A stretch of 64,000 bases of DNA from Podospora anserina (GCA_017654855.1 CM030332.1:2232001-2296000), one strand, 5' to 3'; counted from the first letter of the stretch, positions 11,048-25,176 are shown. Notes: generated from the sequence alone by a model not told the origin. Made by a program: numbers and translations.

Positions 11048-14000
11048 ATGATCCCCAAAACCATGGTTTCCAACGAGGTTTACCTGCTGCCACTCAACGA
11101 TGATGGCTCGCCCCAGGTCGCCGGCGAGTACATCTATCTGGCACCCAAGACCAACGACCCCGTGACCATTCGATTTGCCATCGAGGGCACATCGAGCATC
11201 TGCCGCCATGGCAGCTTGTGGGTCAACATTCCCGAACAGGGACAAGAGTTCCGCCGGGACAAATTTCGAGAGTTCAAGTATGTTTGTTGTCTGGGAATGC
11301 AATACATGTCGTACCACAAAGACTAATCTGTTTTACTAGGCTTGTCCCCGATTTCAACCGCACACTTGAGATCTCGATCCCCATCTACGAAGCCGGTGCT
11401 TATGCCTTTTACACCACATACGCCGAGCTGCCCGACCTTGCAAACAACTTGAAGCCCCAGACAAATGGCAATGCCAAGGTCCAGACCAAACAGACACCAA
11501 CATACTACATCGATGTTGCACCACGGCTTTCTCTCGATGGTCAACCACTGCCGCTGCCTGCACTGTCCGTATTCTCTATTATTAGCAAGTTTATGGGCAA
11601 GTATCCCAATGACTGGGAGAAACATCTCCGTGGCATCAGCGACAGGGGCTACAACATGGTCCACTTCACGCCACTGCAAGTGAGAGGTGACTCGAATTCC
11701 CCATACAGTCTCTACGACCAGCTCGGGTGGGACCCAGTCTGTTTCCCTGGGGGTGAGAAGGATGTGAAGAAGTTGGTCGATAGCCTCGAAAAGAACCACT
11801 CTCTTCTCAGCTTGACCGACATCGTCCTCAACCACACAGCACACAACAGCGAGTGGCTTCTGGAGCACCCAGAAGCTGGCTACAATCTCACCACAGCACC
11901 ATGGCTCGAGTCGGCATATCTTCTGGACACCAAGCTGCTCGAGTTGGGCTTCAAGCTGGGAGACCTCGGGTTGCCTACGGAACTCAAGTCTGTTGACGAT
12001 TTGGTGCTGATCATGGGTGCGATCAAGAAGGAGGTCATTGCTGAGATCCGCCTCTGGGAGTACTATGTTCTGGACGTCGAACGGGATGCTGATGCGGCTG
12101 TCGAATCTTGGGTCGTTGGCCGGACCAACTTCCCAGACGGTTCCATCGGCAGCCATGGTCTAGACGGCCTTCGCTCTACTTCCCTTGAGGAACAAGCGCA
12201 ATGGATCACCAAGCATGGTCTTCAAAACATGGATCGTCTAGGAGAGCGTTTTAGGAGGCGTGCCGACCCCAGTGTGGCTGCGGCCCTCTTATCCGTTCTG
12301 TTTGGCAAGTACGAAGGCAACAAGGGCAGCGCTGCCGACCAAGCCGCTGCTCGCAACGCCCTTGTCAAGATCCTAGACGTTGTCAATGTGCCCTTCTACG
12401 AGGAATACGACGCTGAAGTTGCCGATACTCTCCAGCAGGTCTTCAACCGTATCAAGTATGTCCGGTTGGATGACAACGGCCCAAAGCTTGGACCGATCAA
12501 CCAGGCGAACCCCTTGATTGAGACCTACTTCACTCGTCTGCCTCTGAATGAGAAGACCAAAAAGCACAGGAAGGAGGACTTGGTGCTTGTGAACAACGGC
12601 TGGGTCTGGGGTGGAAATGCTCTGGTCGACAATGCCGGCCCTGAATCCCGAGTCTACCTTCGCCGTGAGGTTATCGTCTGGGGTGATTGCACCAAGCTCA
12701 GATATGGTGCCGGGCCTCAAGACAGCCCATGGCTGTGGGAACACATGACCAAGTATGCTCGCATGTTAGCCAAGTACTTTGCCGGCTTCCGCATTGACAA
12801 CTGCCACTCGACTCCTCTTCACGTTGCCGAGCACATCCTCGACGAGGCTCGCCGCGTGAGACCTAATCTATATGTTGTCGCCGAGCTCTTTACGGGCTCC
12901 GAGGAGATGGACTATGTCTTTGTCAAGAGACTTGGCATCAGCTCTCTCATTCGTGAGGCCATGCAGGCGTGGAGCACTGGTGAGCTGAGTCGTCTTGTTC
13001 ACCGTCATGGTGGTCGCCCCATTGGCAGCTTCGAGGTGGATGAGATCTCGAGTGCGGATGTTCGCAGTGCCTCCAAGACCAACGGCACAAACGGTACCAA
13101 TGGTGCGAACGGACATTACACACGTGAGATCATTCGCCGCATCAAGCCAGTTCCTGTCCAGGCACTCTTCATGGACTGCACCCACGATAACGAGGTTCCT
13201 GCTCAGAAGCGCGATGCCCGTGACACGCTGCCCAATGCTGCCCTTGTCAGCATGTGCGCGAGTGCCACCGGCAGCGTCATGGGTTACGACGAGATCTATC
13301 CTCGTCTGATCGAGCTTGTCCACGAGACCAGACTGTACACATCCGAATCTTCCAAGTTCCCAGTCAAGGTCGGCGAAGGCAAGGGTGGCATCGCTGGTGT
13401 CAAGAAGCTTCTCAATCAGATCCACACCCTGATGGGTATGGATGGTTATGATGAGACGCATATCCACCACGAAGATCAGTATGTCACTGTTCACAGAGTT
13501 CACCCAGTATCTCGCAAGGGATACTTCCTCATTGCCCATACCGCGTTTCCGGGATATGGAAACGGGAATGGCGCTTTCAACCCCGTCCACCTGACCGGCA
13601 CCAAAGCCAAACACATTGGTAGCTGGATGCTCGAGGTTGATGCAAGCAAGGAGGCTGTGGAAGAGGTTCTGAGCGACAAGAAGCTGCTCCGTGGCCTTCC
13701 CAGTCGTCTAATTGGTCTCCCTGGCGTTCGTATGGAGGTCAAGGGCCAAGACACCATTATCACTGTCCGCGAAAAGTTCCCTCCTGGCAGCATTGCGCTC
13801 TTTGAGACTTGGATCCCCGCGGCGGAGCACTCGAGTGGTTTGGACACCTTTGTCACGTCCGGAGCCAAGGCCGCGATGGCCGAGCTTGACCTGGTTGATC
13901 TCAACTTCCTTCTCTATAAGTGCGAGCCGGAAGAACGTGACGCCAGCGAGGGGAGAGATGGCGTCTATGACATTCCCGGACATGGCAAGCTTGTCTATGC

Positions 14001-15885
14001 TGGCCTTCAGGGCTGGTGGAGCATCATGAAGGATATCACCAGGGACAATAACCTGGCTCACCCACTGTGCCAAAACCTTCGTGATGGACAGTGGGCGCTG
14101 GACTATACCCTGGGTAGACTTGAGCGTGCGGCCAAGAAGGAGAACTACAAGCGGTTGGGTAAGCCTGCTGCCTGGCTCAAGGAGCGGTTCGATGCCATCC
14201 GTGGTATTCCTAGCTTCCTTCTCCCGCGGTACTTTGCCCTGGTTCTCAGGACTGCGTACATGGCTGCATTCAAAAGGGGCATTTCCCTCATGAACAACAA
14301 TGTTCAGAAGGGGCAATGGTTCCTCCAAAGCCTCAGCATGGTGAGCGTTCAGCAGACTGGTCTTGTCAAGTCCGCCTCGCTCTACCCTGATCGCCTGGTC
14401 CCATCGCTCGCTGCTGGCCTTCCTCACTTTGCTGTTGAATGGGCTCGCTGCTGGGGACGCGACGTCTTCATCTCTCTCCGTGGTCTCTACCTCGGTACCG
14501 GTCGCTTCGATGAGGCCAAGGAACACATCCGTGCCTTTGCTAGTGTGCTGAAGCACGGCATGATCCCCAACCTTCTCGGTAGTGGTAACACTCCGCGATA
14601 CAACGCCAGAGACTCTGTTTGGTTCTTCTTGCAGTGCATCCAAGACTACACTCGGATCGTTCCTGATGGGCTGTCGCTGCTTGACGAGAAGGTCAAGAGA
14701 CGGTTCCTGCCATATGACGACGCCTACTTTGATACCGCCGACACTCGTGCCTACAGCAAGGAGAGCACCATCCGCGAGATCATCCAGGAGGTCTTTCAGC
14801 GCCACGCCGAGGGCATGAAGTTCCGCGAGGCCAATGCCGGCCCTAACCTTGACATGCAGATGAGTGACAATGGCTTCAACCAAGAGATCAAGGTCGACTG
14901 GTCCAACGGTTTTGTGTTTGGTGGCAACCAAGACAATTGCGGCACTTGGATGGACAAGATGGGCGAAAGCGAAAGAGCTCGCTCCAAGGGCGTCCCGGGC
15001 ACTCCCCGTGACGGCGCCGCCGTTGAGATCACCGGTCTGTTGTACAGCGGTCTCAAGTGGTTTGCCTCCCTCCACGAGCAAGGCAAACACGACCAATCCG
15101 GCGTCAGAAAAGCCGACGGCTCAACCATCACCTTCAAGGACTGGGCCGCTCTCATCAAGAAGAACTTTGAGCGCTGCTACTTTATCCCCATCTCTTCCGA
15201 AGACGACAAGGACTACGACGTCAACCCTGCCATCATCAACCGCCGTGGCATCTACAAGGACTTGTACAAATCCGGCAAGGAATACGAGGACTACCAGCTC
15301 CGTCCCAACTTCCCCATTGCCATGACCGCCGCCCCGGATCTGTTTGTCCCTGAGCATGCCATGCACGCGCTTTGCATTGCGGACTCTGCTCTTCGCGGCC
15401 CGACGGGCATGGCTACGCTTGACCCGAGCGATTTGAACTATAGGCCTTATTACCGCAACAGTGAGGACAGTGATGATTTTGCGACGAGTAAAGGGAGGAA
15501 CTATCACCAGGGGCCGGAGTGGTTGTGGCCTACGGGGTTCTTCTTGAGGGCGCTGCTCAAGTTTGATCTGATGAGAAGGGGGAAGGAGGATGCGGAGGGA
15601 AGGACGGAGGCGTTCCAGCAGGTGACGAGGAGACTGATTGGGTGTAAAGAGATGATTGAGCGGAGCCCATGGGCGGGGTTGACCGAGTTGACGCAGAAGG
15701 GGGGGGAGGAGTGTGCTGATTCTGTGAGTTTCTTTTTGAAGTTATAAGGATTGATGATGACGATGTGCTAATGCTGGATGCAGTCACCTACTCAGGCTTG
15801 GTCGGCGGGTTGCTTGATTGATCTTTATATGGATGCTGCGGAGGAGCAGGCGATTTTGGAGGCGAAGAGTTTGCCTCTGAGGTAG
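11048..15885 (+). CDS. GDB1: glycogen debranching enzyme (4-alpha-glucanotransferase / amylo-1,6-glucosidase)
   Basis: Introns at 11278-11339 and 15724-15783. Motifs GYNMVHFTPLQ, GFRIDNCHSTP, VAELFTGSEE, MDCTHDNE, WARCWGRDVFI, CGTWMDKMGES, NYHQGPEW, DSSPTQAWS. Confidence 0.98.
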
Positions 15886-16665
15886 CTTGTTGGTTGGTGG
15901 TGGTAGCCATGATGATGATGATGACGACGGAACATGGGTGGAGGTCTTTTGTTTTCTTCGAGGGGGTGGTGGAACAGGTATAAAAACAGACATAGCATAG
16001 AATGGGTAAATTGGAATGGGAAATGGGTACAGTCGATGTCGAGATATTGGGGCTTTTGTGGTGCATGCGGATTACGTTACCTAGCAAAGAGTTTTTGGAT
16101 CGATCCCTCTTGGATGCTCTCTTGATGACCAAACCATTGCCTGCTTTCAAGGCCTCTGAACTATTGCATAAGGCATGTGGGCTATTTCTCGATATATAAT
16201 CGCCGTTGGTAAGTGGTGCTGATAGAGGCCTATCTCAACATGCAGCATCCTTTCTCTGTCCAGAATGGTTGGGCAAGGTACCTATGTCAGCTGACGGCAG
16301 CGGTAATCTTGCACCAAAGCAAACGCAACATCCGATCAGACTTTTTCTGTTTTGTGTGCTGAAACAGGAAAATGTGAGAGAGCTCGCGATGATAAGCCTA
16401 CTAATCGTTGGTTGGATATAGAATGAAGAAGCAGTACGAGAAGAGAAAAGAAAAGAGCAACTAAGAAAAGGGGTGAACATCCGAATGGGGTAGCCCAGAC
16501 TGCGCTACGCACTCAGCCAGCCTCACAAGCAGAAAGGGGGTGTCCTTCTAAAGTGAGTAGGAAAGGAAGCAAAAGGGAAACAAAAAGGTGGCTGTGTAAG
16601 GGAAAAAAAAATAGATAGGAAAAAAGAGCTGTGCATAAAAACAGTTGATAAAAAATGAAGTTGTG

Positions 16666-16755
16666 TCCCCTCGACCGGAATCGAGCCGGTGACCTTTCGG
16701 TATCGATAAATTGCCATTTACAGCCGAACGTGATAGCCAACTACACCACAAGGGG
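16666..16755 (-). tRNA. tRNA-Tyr (GTA) with a 16-nt intron
   Basis: Acceptor stem CCCCTTG/CGAGGGG plus discriminator A; D arm GTGTAGTTGGCTATCAC; anticodon stem TTCGG/CCGAA with loop CT-GTA-A; intron 16717-16702; T arm ACCGGCTCGATTCCGGT; downstream T run (Pol III terminator). Confidence 0.95.
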
Positions 16756-18027
16756 ATTTATTGTTTGTTGCATTGTTCGTTTTAGAATTGTCCCTATGTT
16801 GAGAGGGCCACGCCGAATTCGATCTGTCTTTTGTTCCAGAGTCGGGTTTAAACTGCTACTGTACAAACCTGAGCGAAAACTGTTGAAACAACACCTGGGT
16901 AGGTCTCCTCATCAGGCCAGAAAGAAGGTCCTGATGTGGCTGTTTGGGGCGTGCGTGGTTTGAGGTTCGATGGATGACGAGTCTTGGGAGCTTGGCCAGC
17001 CTACGCCACAGCGGACGTCGTGTGGTGCAGAGGGGATGGAGAGTGCTCAGCCTACTTCAGAAGAGGACCCCAAAGAGGTAGTCAAAATGCTTCATCTCAT
17101 GAATAGTATGCCTGTGCTTTGTAAAAGCGTCTTTACCAAACTTTCAAGGCCTTGATCTTGTCTCACAGTGCCGCAGCGGGCGCGCAACGACACATCAACA
17201 GCGTTACACCACTACTAACTCGCAACATCACCGCCTCACCACAACTATACCCAAGGAATCTCACTCTCAGCAACAGAATTCGTCTCTCCATTCTCCATAT
17301 CAAACGGTATGCACTTTATGTAAATACCTAACCCCTTTTATACTTGAACTTTCCCACCAACGCCCTTCACTCCCCTTTCTTTCCCTAGCCAAAAAAAAAA
17401 AAGAAAAAAAAAGGAGCGTGTAGCTATAACCAAAACCCAAAACCCACGTGTCCTATCCAAAACCAGCTCATTCCCCATCATCAATAATGCAAAAAAAAGG
17501 AGTGACTCGCCAATCCACCAAAAGATATCCATCCATTCCCAATGTCTCCTCCCTTGGTAGATACCCGCCTAAACCAGCCACAGCACACACACAATGCAGT
17601 GAGGAACGTTCCAAGGAAAGGTACAAAAGGTGGTGAAAAAAAAAGATATTATACTGCGTTTGTTTCAAATACCTACGTGAGAAGAACGAAAATTAGAAGG
17701 AAAAAAGCATCGAATAGCCCAAAAAAAAAAGGAGAGTGATGGGGTATAATGCATCGAGAATTTCACTTCGAATGCACAAAAAAAAAGATCCCTGAAACCT
17801 GGTTTTTCCCCTGGGCCCCTTTCCCAAACCAACCCGTCCCATGCACACACCGCACTGTTTTGGTGATATAGTGGGTGTTTAGTTCTGTGTGTTATTTACG
17901 TCTATGCCTCTCTGGGTCTCCAGAGAGTATTGTGTTTGTGCAATGCGTAGTGAGTTGCTGATGAAGTCGATGCGGTTCAATATGATGTTGGACTGGTATC
18001 CAGAAAAACCACTCATTCCTGAGCCCC

Positions 18028-18834
18028 TCACGTCCTCTCCTTGACAATCCACCTCTTCTTCTCTTTCGGCTTCTCCTCGTAAACCCGGGCAGCGCTGAGG
18101 GGCGCTGGTTCGAAAATGCCGGCTGATGGACGGTGAATTGACCCAGAGTTGCTTTCGTTTGGCACGACTCTCCCTGACTCGGTGGCATGCGCGAGGTTGG
18201 CACCCAAGGCGTACTGGCGGTCCTTCTTACGCAGGTATCGTTTCCTCCAGATGCAGGCGCCAACCCAGATACCGACTATCGCCACCACCATGATCACCAA
18301 GAAAATTACCCATTGGTAATGTGTCTCGATCCTGTAAGCCTTGGTTAGCCAAAAAGTCTCGGGCATCACGAAAACGTCGTCTTACCAGGTGCCGCCAGTA
18401 GAGTTCTGCGCGGGCCGCACTGTCGATGTGGACGTCGTTTGTTGCCCGGCAGTGGTGGGTTGTACATTGGAGCAAAAGCCCGAAAACCACTGTTGGATTC
18501 TTGAGTAGGCAGACGGGTCAGATGCACACGCATCGGGGCATACTCCTGTAGTGCCCGTCTTCCAGGCCGCCAACCTAGGGTCGTTGCAGAAGCAGCTATT
18601 GTAGACGCTGTTGTCGGCTGGGGGCGCTCCTGGTGGTACGCAGCCTCCGTTGACATCGTATAGAACACCACAATCCTTCACACAAGCAGGCAGCTGCCCC
18701 TCGGGAATAAGAACGATGTCTGCAGTGAACAGTCAGTACGGGTCTGTGGGAAACACAAGTCGGTTACATCTCGAAATTGACGTTGCGCAGTACGTCCTTC
18801 AGGGAGATGAGCGATGGCAGTTGAACGTACCCAT
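18028..18834 (-). CDS. single-pass membrane protein with a Cys-rich (CFEM-like) N-terminal domain
   Basis: Exons 18834-18831 (ATGG), 18719-18386 and 18331-18028 give MDIVLIPEGQLPACVKDCG..GGCVPP..SCFC..GVC.DAC..WF.GFC, a Thr/Ser linker, the TM segment WVIFLVIMVVAIVGIWVGACIW and a basic RKRYLRKK stretch. Confidence 0.85.
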
Positions 18835-21234
18835 TGCGAAGAATGTTGGCAAACAAGATTGAAGCTAGTGTAAAGTGCCTGCAGCTAATATGTTGTTGAT
18901 TGACGATGGGAGGCTGTCGATGTATCGCAAATCCCGACGGAAAGAAACCGCTGCTGGCTGCAGGAAACCACGATGCAGTGATCAGCAGGACAGCCAACCG
19001 ATCGCCTGGAGGGCTGGTGACGTTGACACAAGCGCCCGCCTGTCGTCCGAAAAGCCAATTCTCCTTTGACAGGCGCCCGAAAAGTGTTTAAACTAGCGGC
19101 GACCGGGAACGTCGGAGAGATAGAAGAAAGAAGGGATGCAGACAAATGCTGTTGTTTGTTTCCTTCGTCCTGGATCGATTCGGAGAGGGTCTTTGTTCGG
19201 TCGTCGGCACTTGGGTGACGTCGCTATCGGTAAAACAGTCGCTTTTCCTTCCTTGGTATCCCTCTCAAATACTGCCAGCTCCGTTTCTGGAGTCGGCCAA
19301 GTCTTTGTCGATTCGTTGTTTTGTCGAAGCCGAAGAAAACAGCCCAGGAAGCCAAGATGCAAGTGTCGGGATGTCGTCGTCGCTTATAATCCGTATCGAG
19401 CCACCTTTTACAATTTCAGATCTCTCAAGAGCGAGCGAATGGTCCTTGAATTCGTCCTTCTTCCTCAATCCACTGTCGCCGTCGAAATGGCGCGAATAAC
19501 GAGCGTCGTTGGTGGTGGTGGGAACGAGGGGAGGGTGGATGAGCAAGAGGGAAAGGGAAAAACAGGCGGTGGTGCAGAGGCAATAGGAAAATCAGCGAGT
19601 GAGAGGCGGGTGTGAGTGGTCGTCACTGGTCAGACAAGTTGGCGGGCTGCAACCTGGAATCGGTCGCTAGCTACAAGCAGTTCGGGTGGGCTGGGGTCGG
19701 TGACCCGGTCCGATGGGCTGAGTGATCAAGCATAAGCAGTGAATCAATGGAGGAGCGGTTGGCGGTCTGGTCTGGCTTCCCTTTCGTTTGGGCGGCATTC
19801 ATCAAATCCCCCAAAACGCGCGGGTCCGCTGTGAAGGCTGCTGACGAAGCACCCTGGCAGTGTCTAGACACACACTGACGGCCACTGACACCCCAACGCA
19901 TGGCGAGTGATCATGGTGGCATCCAACGCAATTCAATGGCATGGGCCAAGCAGCACGGGCCCTTAGGTCCCTACACCCTCAACGTGACCGTAGCACGTTT
20001 GGTATAGCGGCCAAATTGTGGGCGTGAGGGCGCCGCGCTGCGCTCTCACTTCTCTCGTATGGAAGTAATTACCTCTTCTATACAGTAACCCCCGGGCCGG
20101 TGATTATCGTGTTCCCGTTGGAGCATTCCTTCGTTTCTTCAGCCCACCTTGATTTCACCTCATTCAGCCCTCAAGGTGTCTCGGCAGGGGACCCCGCGCC
20201 TCCAATCGATTCACGTCATGGTTCAACTTTCTCAGACATTTGGAAGGCTGAGGCGAAACAAGACAGAACAAAAGACCAGACAGCAGGGCATGGCATGACA
20301 AGTCCCAACCATGACAAGCCCAGGCAGCTTTTTTCCCATCAACAACACAACCAACACCGAGTTTAATAGGATCCGGCTCGACCGGACGAAAACATCAACC
20401 GACTCTCAGCGTTCAATGACACGCCATCAGCGGGAAAAAGCGGGCCTTGTACATGCTTGTGGGCCCCTGTTCCACACCCCACAATTACCCAAAGCGCCAC
20501 CAATCAGCTGGGACGCGCCGAGGCGATTCACCGTTCGCTGCTTCGGTGCCGTTCGTGCCTGGACCTTTTTTCGCATTTTAGCCATAACGTTGCATTATTG
20601 AAATACGCAAACCACCACCTACCCAAAAGGTTGATATTTCTCTTTTGCATCCGTATAGGGTGGTGGGTGTATGTAATAGCTCACGTAATAATCGCTCGTG
20701 TTTGTGTGCGTCCTTGCTTTGGTGGTCGGGGGCCCAGGGATAACGTCAGACCAGTGCTAATGAACAGCCACAAGGTGTGAGGGGGAATGCAAGGTACCGG
20801 GCATCATGTCCGCGCGGCAGCAGGAACGGTATGCCTCATCGGAGTGAACCTACATGCGTTTTTGGCCATGGCGTTCAGCTTATGTGGCTGATATTGTTGA
20901 TAGGACAGCAGTCGGGAACTCGTTGGGGGTTCGAAAAGACTGGACATTGGTCAGTTGACATTATATGAGAACTTCATGCTCGAGGAAAGATTGAGGTACC
21001 TCAGATACTCATGGAGAACACATCAGGAAGCTAAACTCCGATCCTGGGTGAGAAGAATTATGTCAAAACTCGAAGTGGGCAACAACAAACCAAAGATTCC
21101 CGAATCGGATGATGACAAGGCGGAAAGGTTGAACCCAAAGTAAAGGTCAAAATCCAGACCTCGGTGAGGTCAAACTCGCCTCTAGCAAGTCGGTGTGAAC
21201 AACCAGCACATCACGAACCAAGAAAAAAACAACC

Positions 21235-21256
21235 AAAAAAAAAAAAAAAAAAAAAA
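21235..21256 (+). repeat. poly(A) tract, 22 nt
   Basis: Uninterrupted A run in intergenic DNA. Confidence 0.9.
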
Positions 21257-22699
21257 GGAGAGAAAACACTCAGCTGTTAAGAAGACCGAGAAACAGCCAC
21301 AATCTGAAAAATCGCCCGACCCGCGGCTGCACCTTCCGCAACACCTCCCCAGAAAGTCCCTGCATGGGTTTCGACCCTACCCTAGATTCTGTAGGATACC
21401 GCCCCTCCAGAAATAACTGACCATCCTTCCTCGACGTCATCAAACGTTGAACAGTACCTAGATCAGGCATCCTCTAGTTCTGTACCCATCTCACACGTCT
21501 AATCTTGCCTCTTTAGCTATTGTCCTTCGCCTGCCGCTGTGGCAAAAGAAGATCACTCGGCTCCGAGGTATAACAACAAGCTGCCCGGTAGTAGTTGCCT
21601 TCTTTCCTTTTCTGGATTTTCTCGCATGAGGATGGCCTGGTGTTATCAAGACTGATTTTCTCTCTCTGTGTGTGTGTGTCACCCCTTTGAAGGATTGATC
21701 CCCCAACCCACGACCACGTGCTGTGATGGGCTTTCTGTGTGACGGGAAACCCGGCGCCCCCGGCAGTCCTTTCCGAAGTGAGGTTGATAGGCGCCTAGAG
21801 GTTACCTAGGGGTTGGTGTGGAATTGACCAATACCGCGGCTTCCCAGGTTTGTTTGATAAACGTGGCGATAAAAGAGACAGTTCGCAATGTCAAGAGGGG
21901 AGAAACATACATGACATTTGGCAGGACGCACTGTCAAATGAGGAAACATACCCCCAGCCTTTCGCCCTGGCGGTGAGGGTTTGCTTGAAGGGATATACCC
22001 AGGTTTGTTTTCAGGTCTGCTGGGTTTGGCTGAATAGATCAGACGGTGTAAAACATTATACAATTCTTGCAGGCTTTGGTCATACAATCAACAAAAAAAA
22101 CCCCTTTTTTCATTGCTTTTCATGCCACCCTTCAGGTGTGTCTCCCGAGGCTCGTGGTCGGCGCCTAAATGGGGAAATGTTTGAGAGTAGGTGACAACGT
22201 GGCTGTTGGTGAGACTGAAGATTTTTTGCTGGTTTACAATGACGTCTGTTGTCTTTGAACAATATGTCTATCTGTTTGGCGCATATTGAGCTGGGAGGGC
22301 GTGGAAATCGGGCCAATCGGACGGGGTGTGAAGAGAGCCTTGGGCTCTTCCTCTCTGTCGATGCGGATTCGGATCGAGATGAAAGAGAGATTTGGTTGCC
22401 TATCCCGAGCGTGGTGGTAACCAGAGTGAGAGGGGCAAAACCGCCTCTCGTTGTTTGATCCATTCGATGCTTGACGATGGTGTCTTGAAACAAGAGAGGC
22501 ACCTTTGATCCAATGTGCTGTCCGGATTGGGCCGCATGCCGTGCAACTTTGTGCAATATGAATTCAAATCATGAATGAGGCAGAGGAAGCCACCACGCCA
22601 TGGCATCGGTAAAGAATAAAGTAGTTCGGACCGGTGGAGGCTGAGAATAACCTTCTGAGGTATTGTTCTCGCGTGGTCCGAGGGTGTAAACCTCCCCTT

Positions 22700-23550
22700 G
22701 TGCTACGGGTAGTGTTGGCTTGTGACCTGGGATTTCGGGGTCTTGTTCTTCGTAAGGGATTGTCCGTGGACAGTCGTCTGAGTGTTTCGGCTACCAACAC
22801 CGAAGCTGTTTAAAGACGTGGTCAACGCAAAGCTCTTGCTTACCCTATTTTTCGGCTCGGAGCTTCTAACTCGGACATATTGTGTGACCACCACGTTTGA
22901 GGTTCTTGGCTGGGACCAGGGAATCATCAGATGTTCCCCCTCACATGGGCAGGGATTGCTTTCGGCCGTTAATACTTGCTGGAAAATATAAGCCTGATGG
23001 CACTGCAAGATACCCAGGTAGAGCAACCTTGGGCGATTGGGTGCCCCTGGGCTGGATGAGGATGCGTGGCATGCATTAGTGCCGGTATTTGAACTGATTG
23101 TGCTAACCACATGGGATTGCTTCCTTGGGGAGACATTCTGGGCGTACATCGTCACGGTGTGGCGGTGTTGTACGCTGAATCCCTTCCCAAGCTGGTACAG
23201 AATGAAATTTGACGCCAGAAAGTGAGACATCGATGGAGCAGGTCAATGATGCTGTCAAACTCTACCGAAGTTGCTTCACTGCAACGTTGTCAGCAGTTGA
23301 TTTTGGTTCTCGCAGATCCTCGGGTCGAGCTTCTCGACGAAATCCTCGAGTACCATGGTATATGTTGCTTCTTGGATGTTCATCATCATATTTCACCTTG
23401 ACTGTATAGTGCAAGCAGTCCCGATGTAATGGATCTGCAGCACTAACCCGTCGAAACGGTGACGCTACCGAGTACAAAGACTTGTCTTTGTTATTGTGGG
23501 AGTGCCCACGACGGCTGCATGGACCCTTCTTCCTGACGATCCCGCGCATG
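22700..23550 (-). pseudogene. possible decayed protein-kinase relic
   Basis: Broken frames contain PF..YTVKVKY..EH..VAVKQL (subdomain I/II-like), EHLMIPW (subdomain V-like) and VHG, in the expected order; heavily degenerate. Confidence 0.25.
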
Positions 23551-25176
23551 GTTAAGTGTCTTGAACTTTGATGGCGGAAGTCATCCTAGACGGGTTATTA
23601 CGTCTCTTTTTGACCATTCGGAAGCTTCAAATGGTCTCAAAAAAGACAAGGAACACCCCTGAGACGCATCATTGCCGCTCGGTCTGGAACAGCCCGTCCG
23701 CACCCACCTCGCCTAACGTTGGTGTTCAACATTAATACAACTGCATCCACCCGGTCCTGGCAAGGCAACTAGAGGGGTAGATAGCCTTATAGGACCGGCG
23801 AACTTTTGGAGAACCTTGCTGAGGATATCATTCGGCGGGATGTCCGGGAGGCCTGTTGGCAGCAGCTGAAAGCTCAACGCCTTCTCAGACAGCAGACAGC
23901 AGGGCAAGCTCAATACGAAGAGCTAGAACGTCTTCTTGTGCCTGAAAAGTCTCTGTTTCAGACCCATTAACTGCCCGTAAGACAGCCTAGTACAGCAAGT
24001 GCCTGGGGTAAGTGCCTAGGTAGGTATAAGCTCGCAAGTGACAGGTGCCAGAACTCAGTATCTGCCATCAGTTACGCATGAGGGATGACCCAGCTATAAA
24101 TTCCATGTCGCACAACACCGGCCCAGCTCGGAGGCCCGTTTGCCTCCTGGCGGTGAGCCAACAACTATCTTCCGACCTTTGTCTATTCGAGTCGACCGCT
24201 CCGTGGTTTCTGAGACAGAGCCATTGACATCCATCAACCTTGTGCTTGACGCCCACGAAGACGAATACCATCCGAGACATGCCGGAAGTGACCCTCGAGT
24301 ACATGCAGGAAGACAGGCCATGTGAGAAGGAGCAACGCGGGATGTATGACATGACAATCGAATTTCCACTCCGGGATGGAGTGGGCTGTAGACACCCCTT
24401 GCGGCAGGCTGTCGACGAGTGGGATGACAGCTAGTACCAAGTACTGCCGAGGTGATTCTATCGTGGGCGAAGATGATCATCCATATACGAAGGCAGAGTG
24501 GCTGGCAAGTTGAAAATATCTATAAAGGCCTGGTCCCTTGAAGGAAAGCCCCGAGTATTTTCATCAGCCACCAGCACCAAAGCAAGATCTCAAAAGAAGA
24601 AGAACATACCTTCAACACTTCCCCGGCCATATCTGCAACACAGCACACATCTATCAACATGCCGGAAAATTCAGGAACCAGCTCTTCCCAGAGCTCAACT
24701 TCAAGTGCCACCTTGTCAGGTGCGTCTGGATACTCTTCGTATCCGAGGTAATCCAAAGCCCGTCGCCGGTTAGTACACTGCTGTCTACTCATATTTGCCC
24801 TCGACCAAGTAGCTGACCTAGGCTTCAGGTGAATTACGATGGATGAGATCGTTGGAGTGATGGTGTACATGCATGTTTTCGGTTTGCCAGGAGGTCAAAG
24901 GTGTTGAGTGATCATTGATTTCGACAGTGGAGTGGTGGACATATTTGTTTGTCTTGGGGTCTGAAATGGGGCGGCTTTTGTGCTATTTGTTTGTTTTCTT
25001 CGGTTGCTGGGTTTTTGGCTAGATGTTGGCACTGCGGTGGTGATGGCGTCTTTGACTACGAACTTCTCTCGCTTGTTCAATTAGATACCTTGAAATGATG
25101 GGTGAAAATCTAGGTCGCGTATGGCTTGCGGAGCCAAGGTGTGAAGTGATGAAGTGATGTATTTCGTAAATGTGAA

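Noticed and set aside
13708-15096. 462-aa antisense ORF (also 11323-12156 and 12868-13614)
   Set aside because: Shadow frames of the codon-biased GDB1 gene, with no independent protein features.
17380-17790. Multiple A-rich tracts
   Set aside because: Consistent with an ordinary U-rich 3' UTR or intergenic low complexity downstream of the minus-strand membrane gene; no retroelement hallmarks.
21656-21680. (TC)n(TG)n microsatellite
   Set aside because: Short, common simple repeat.
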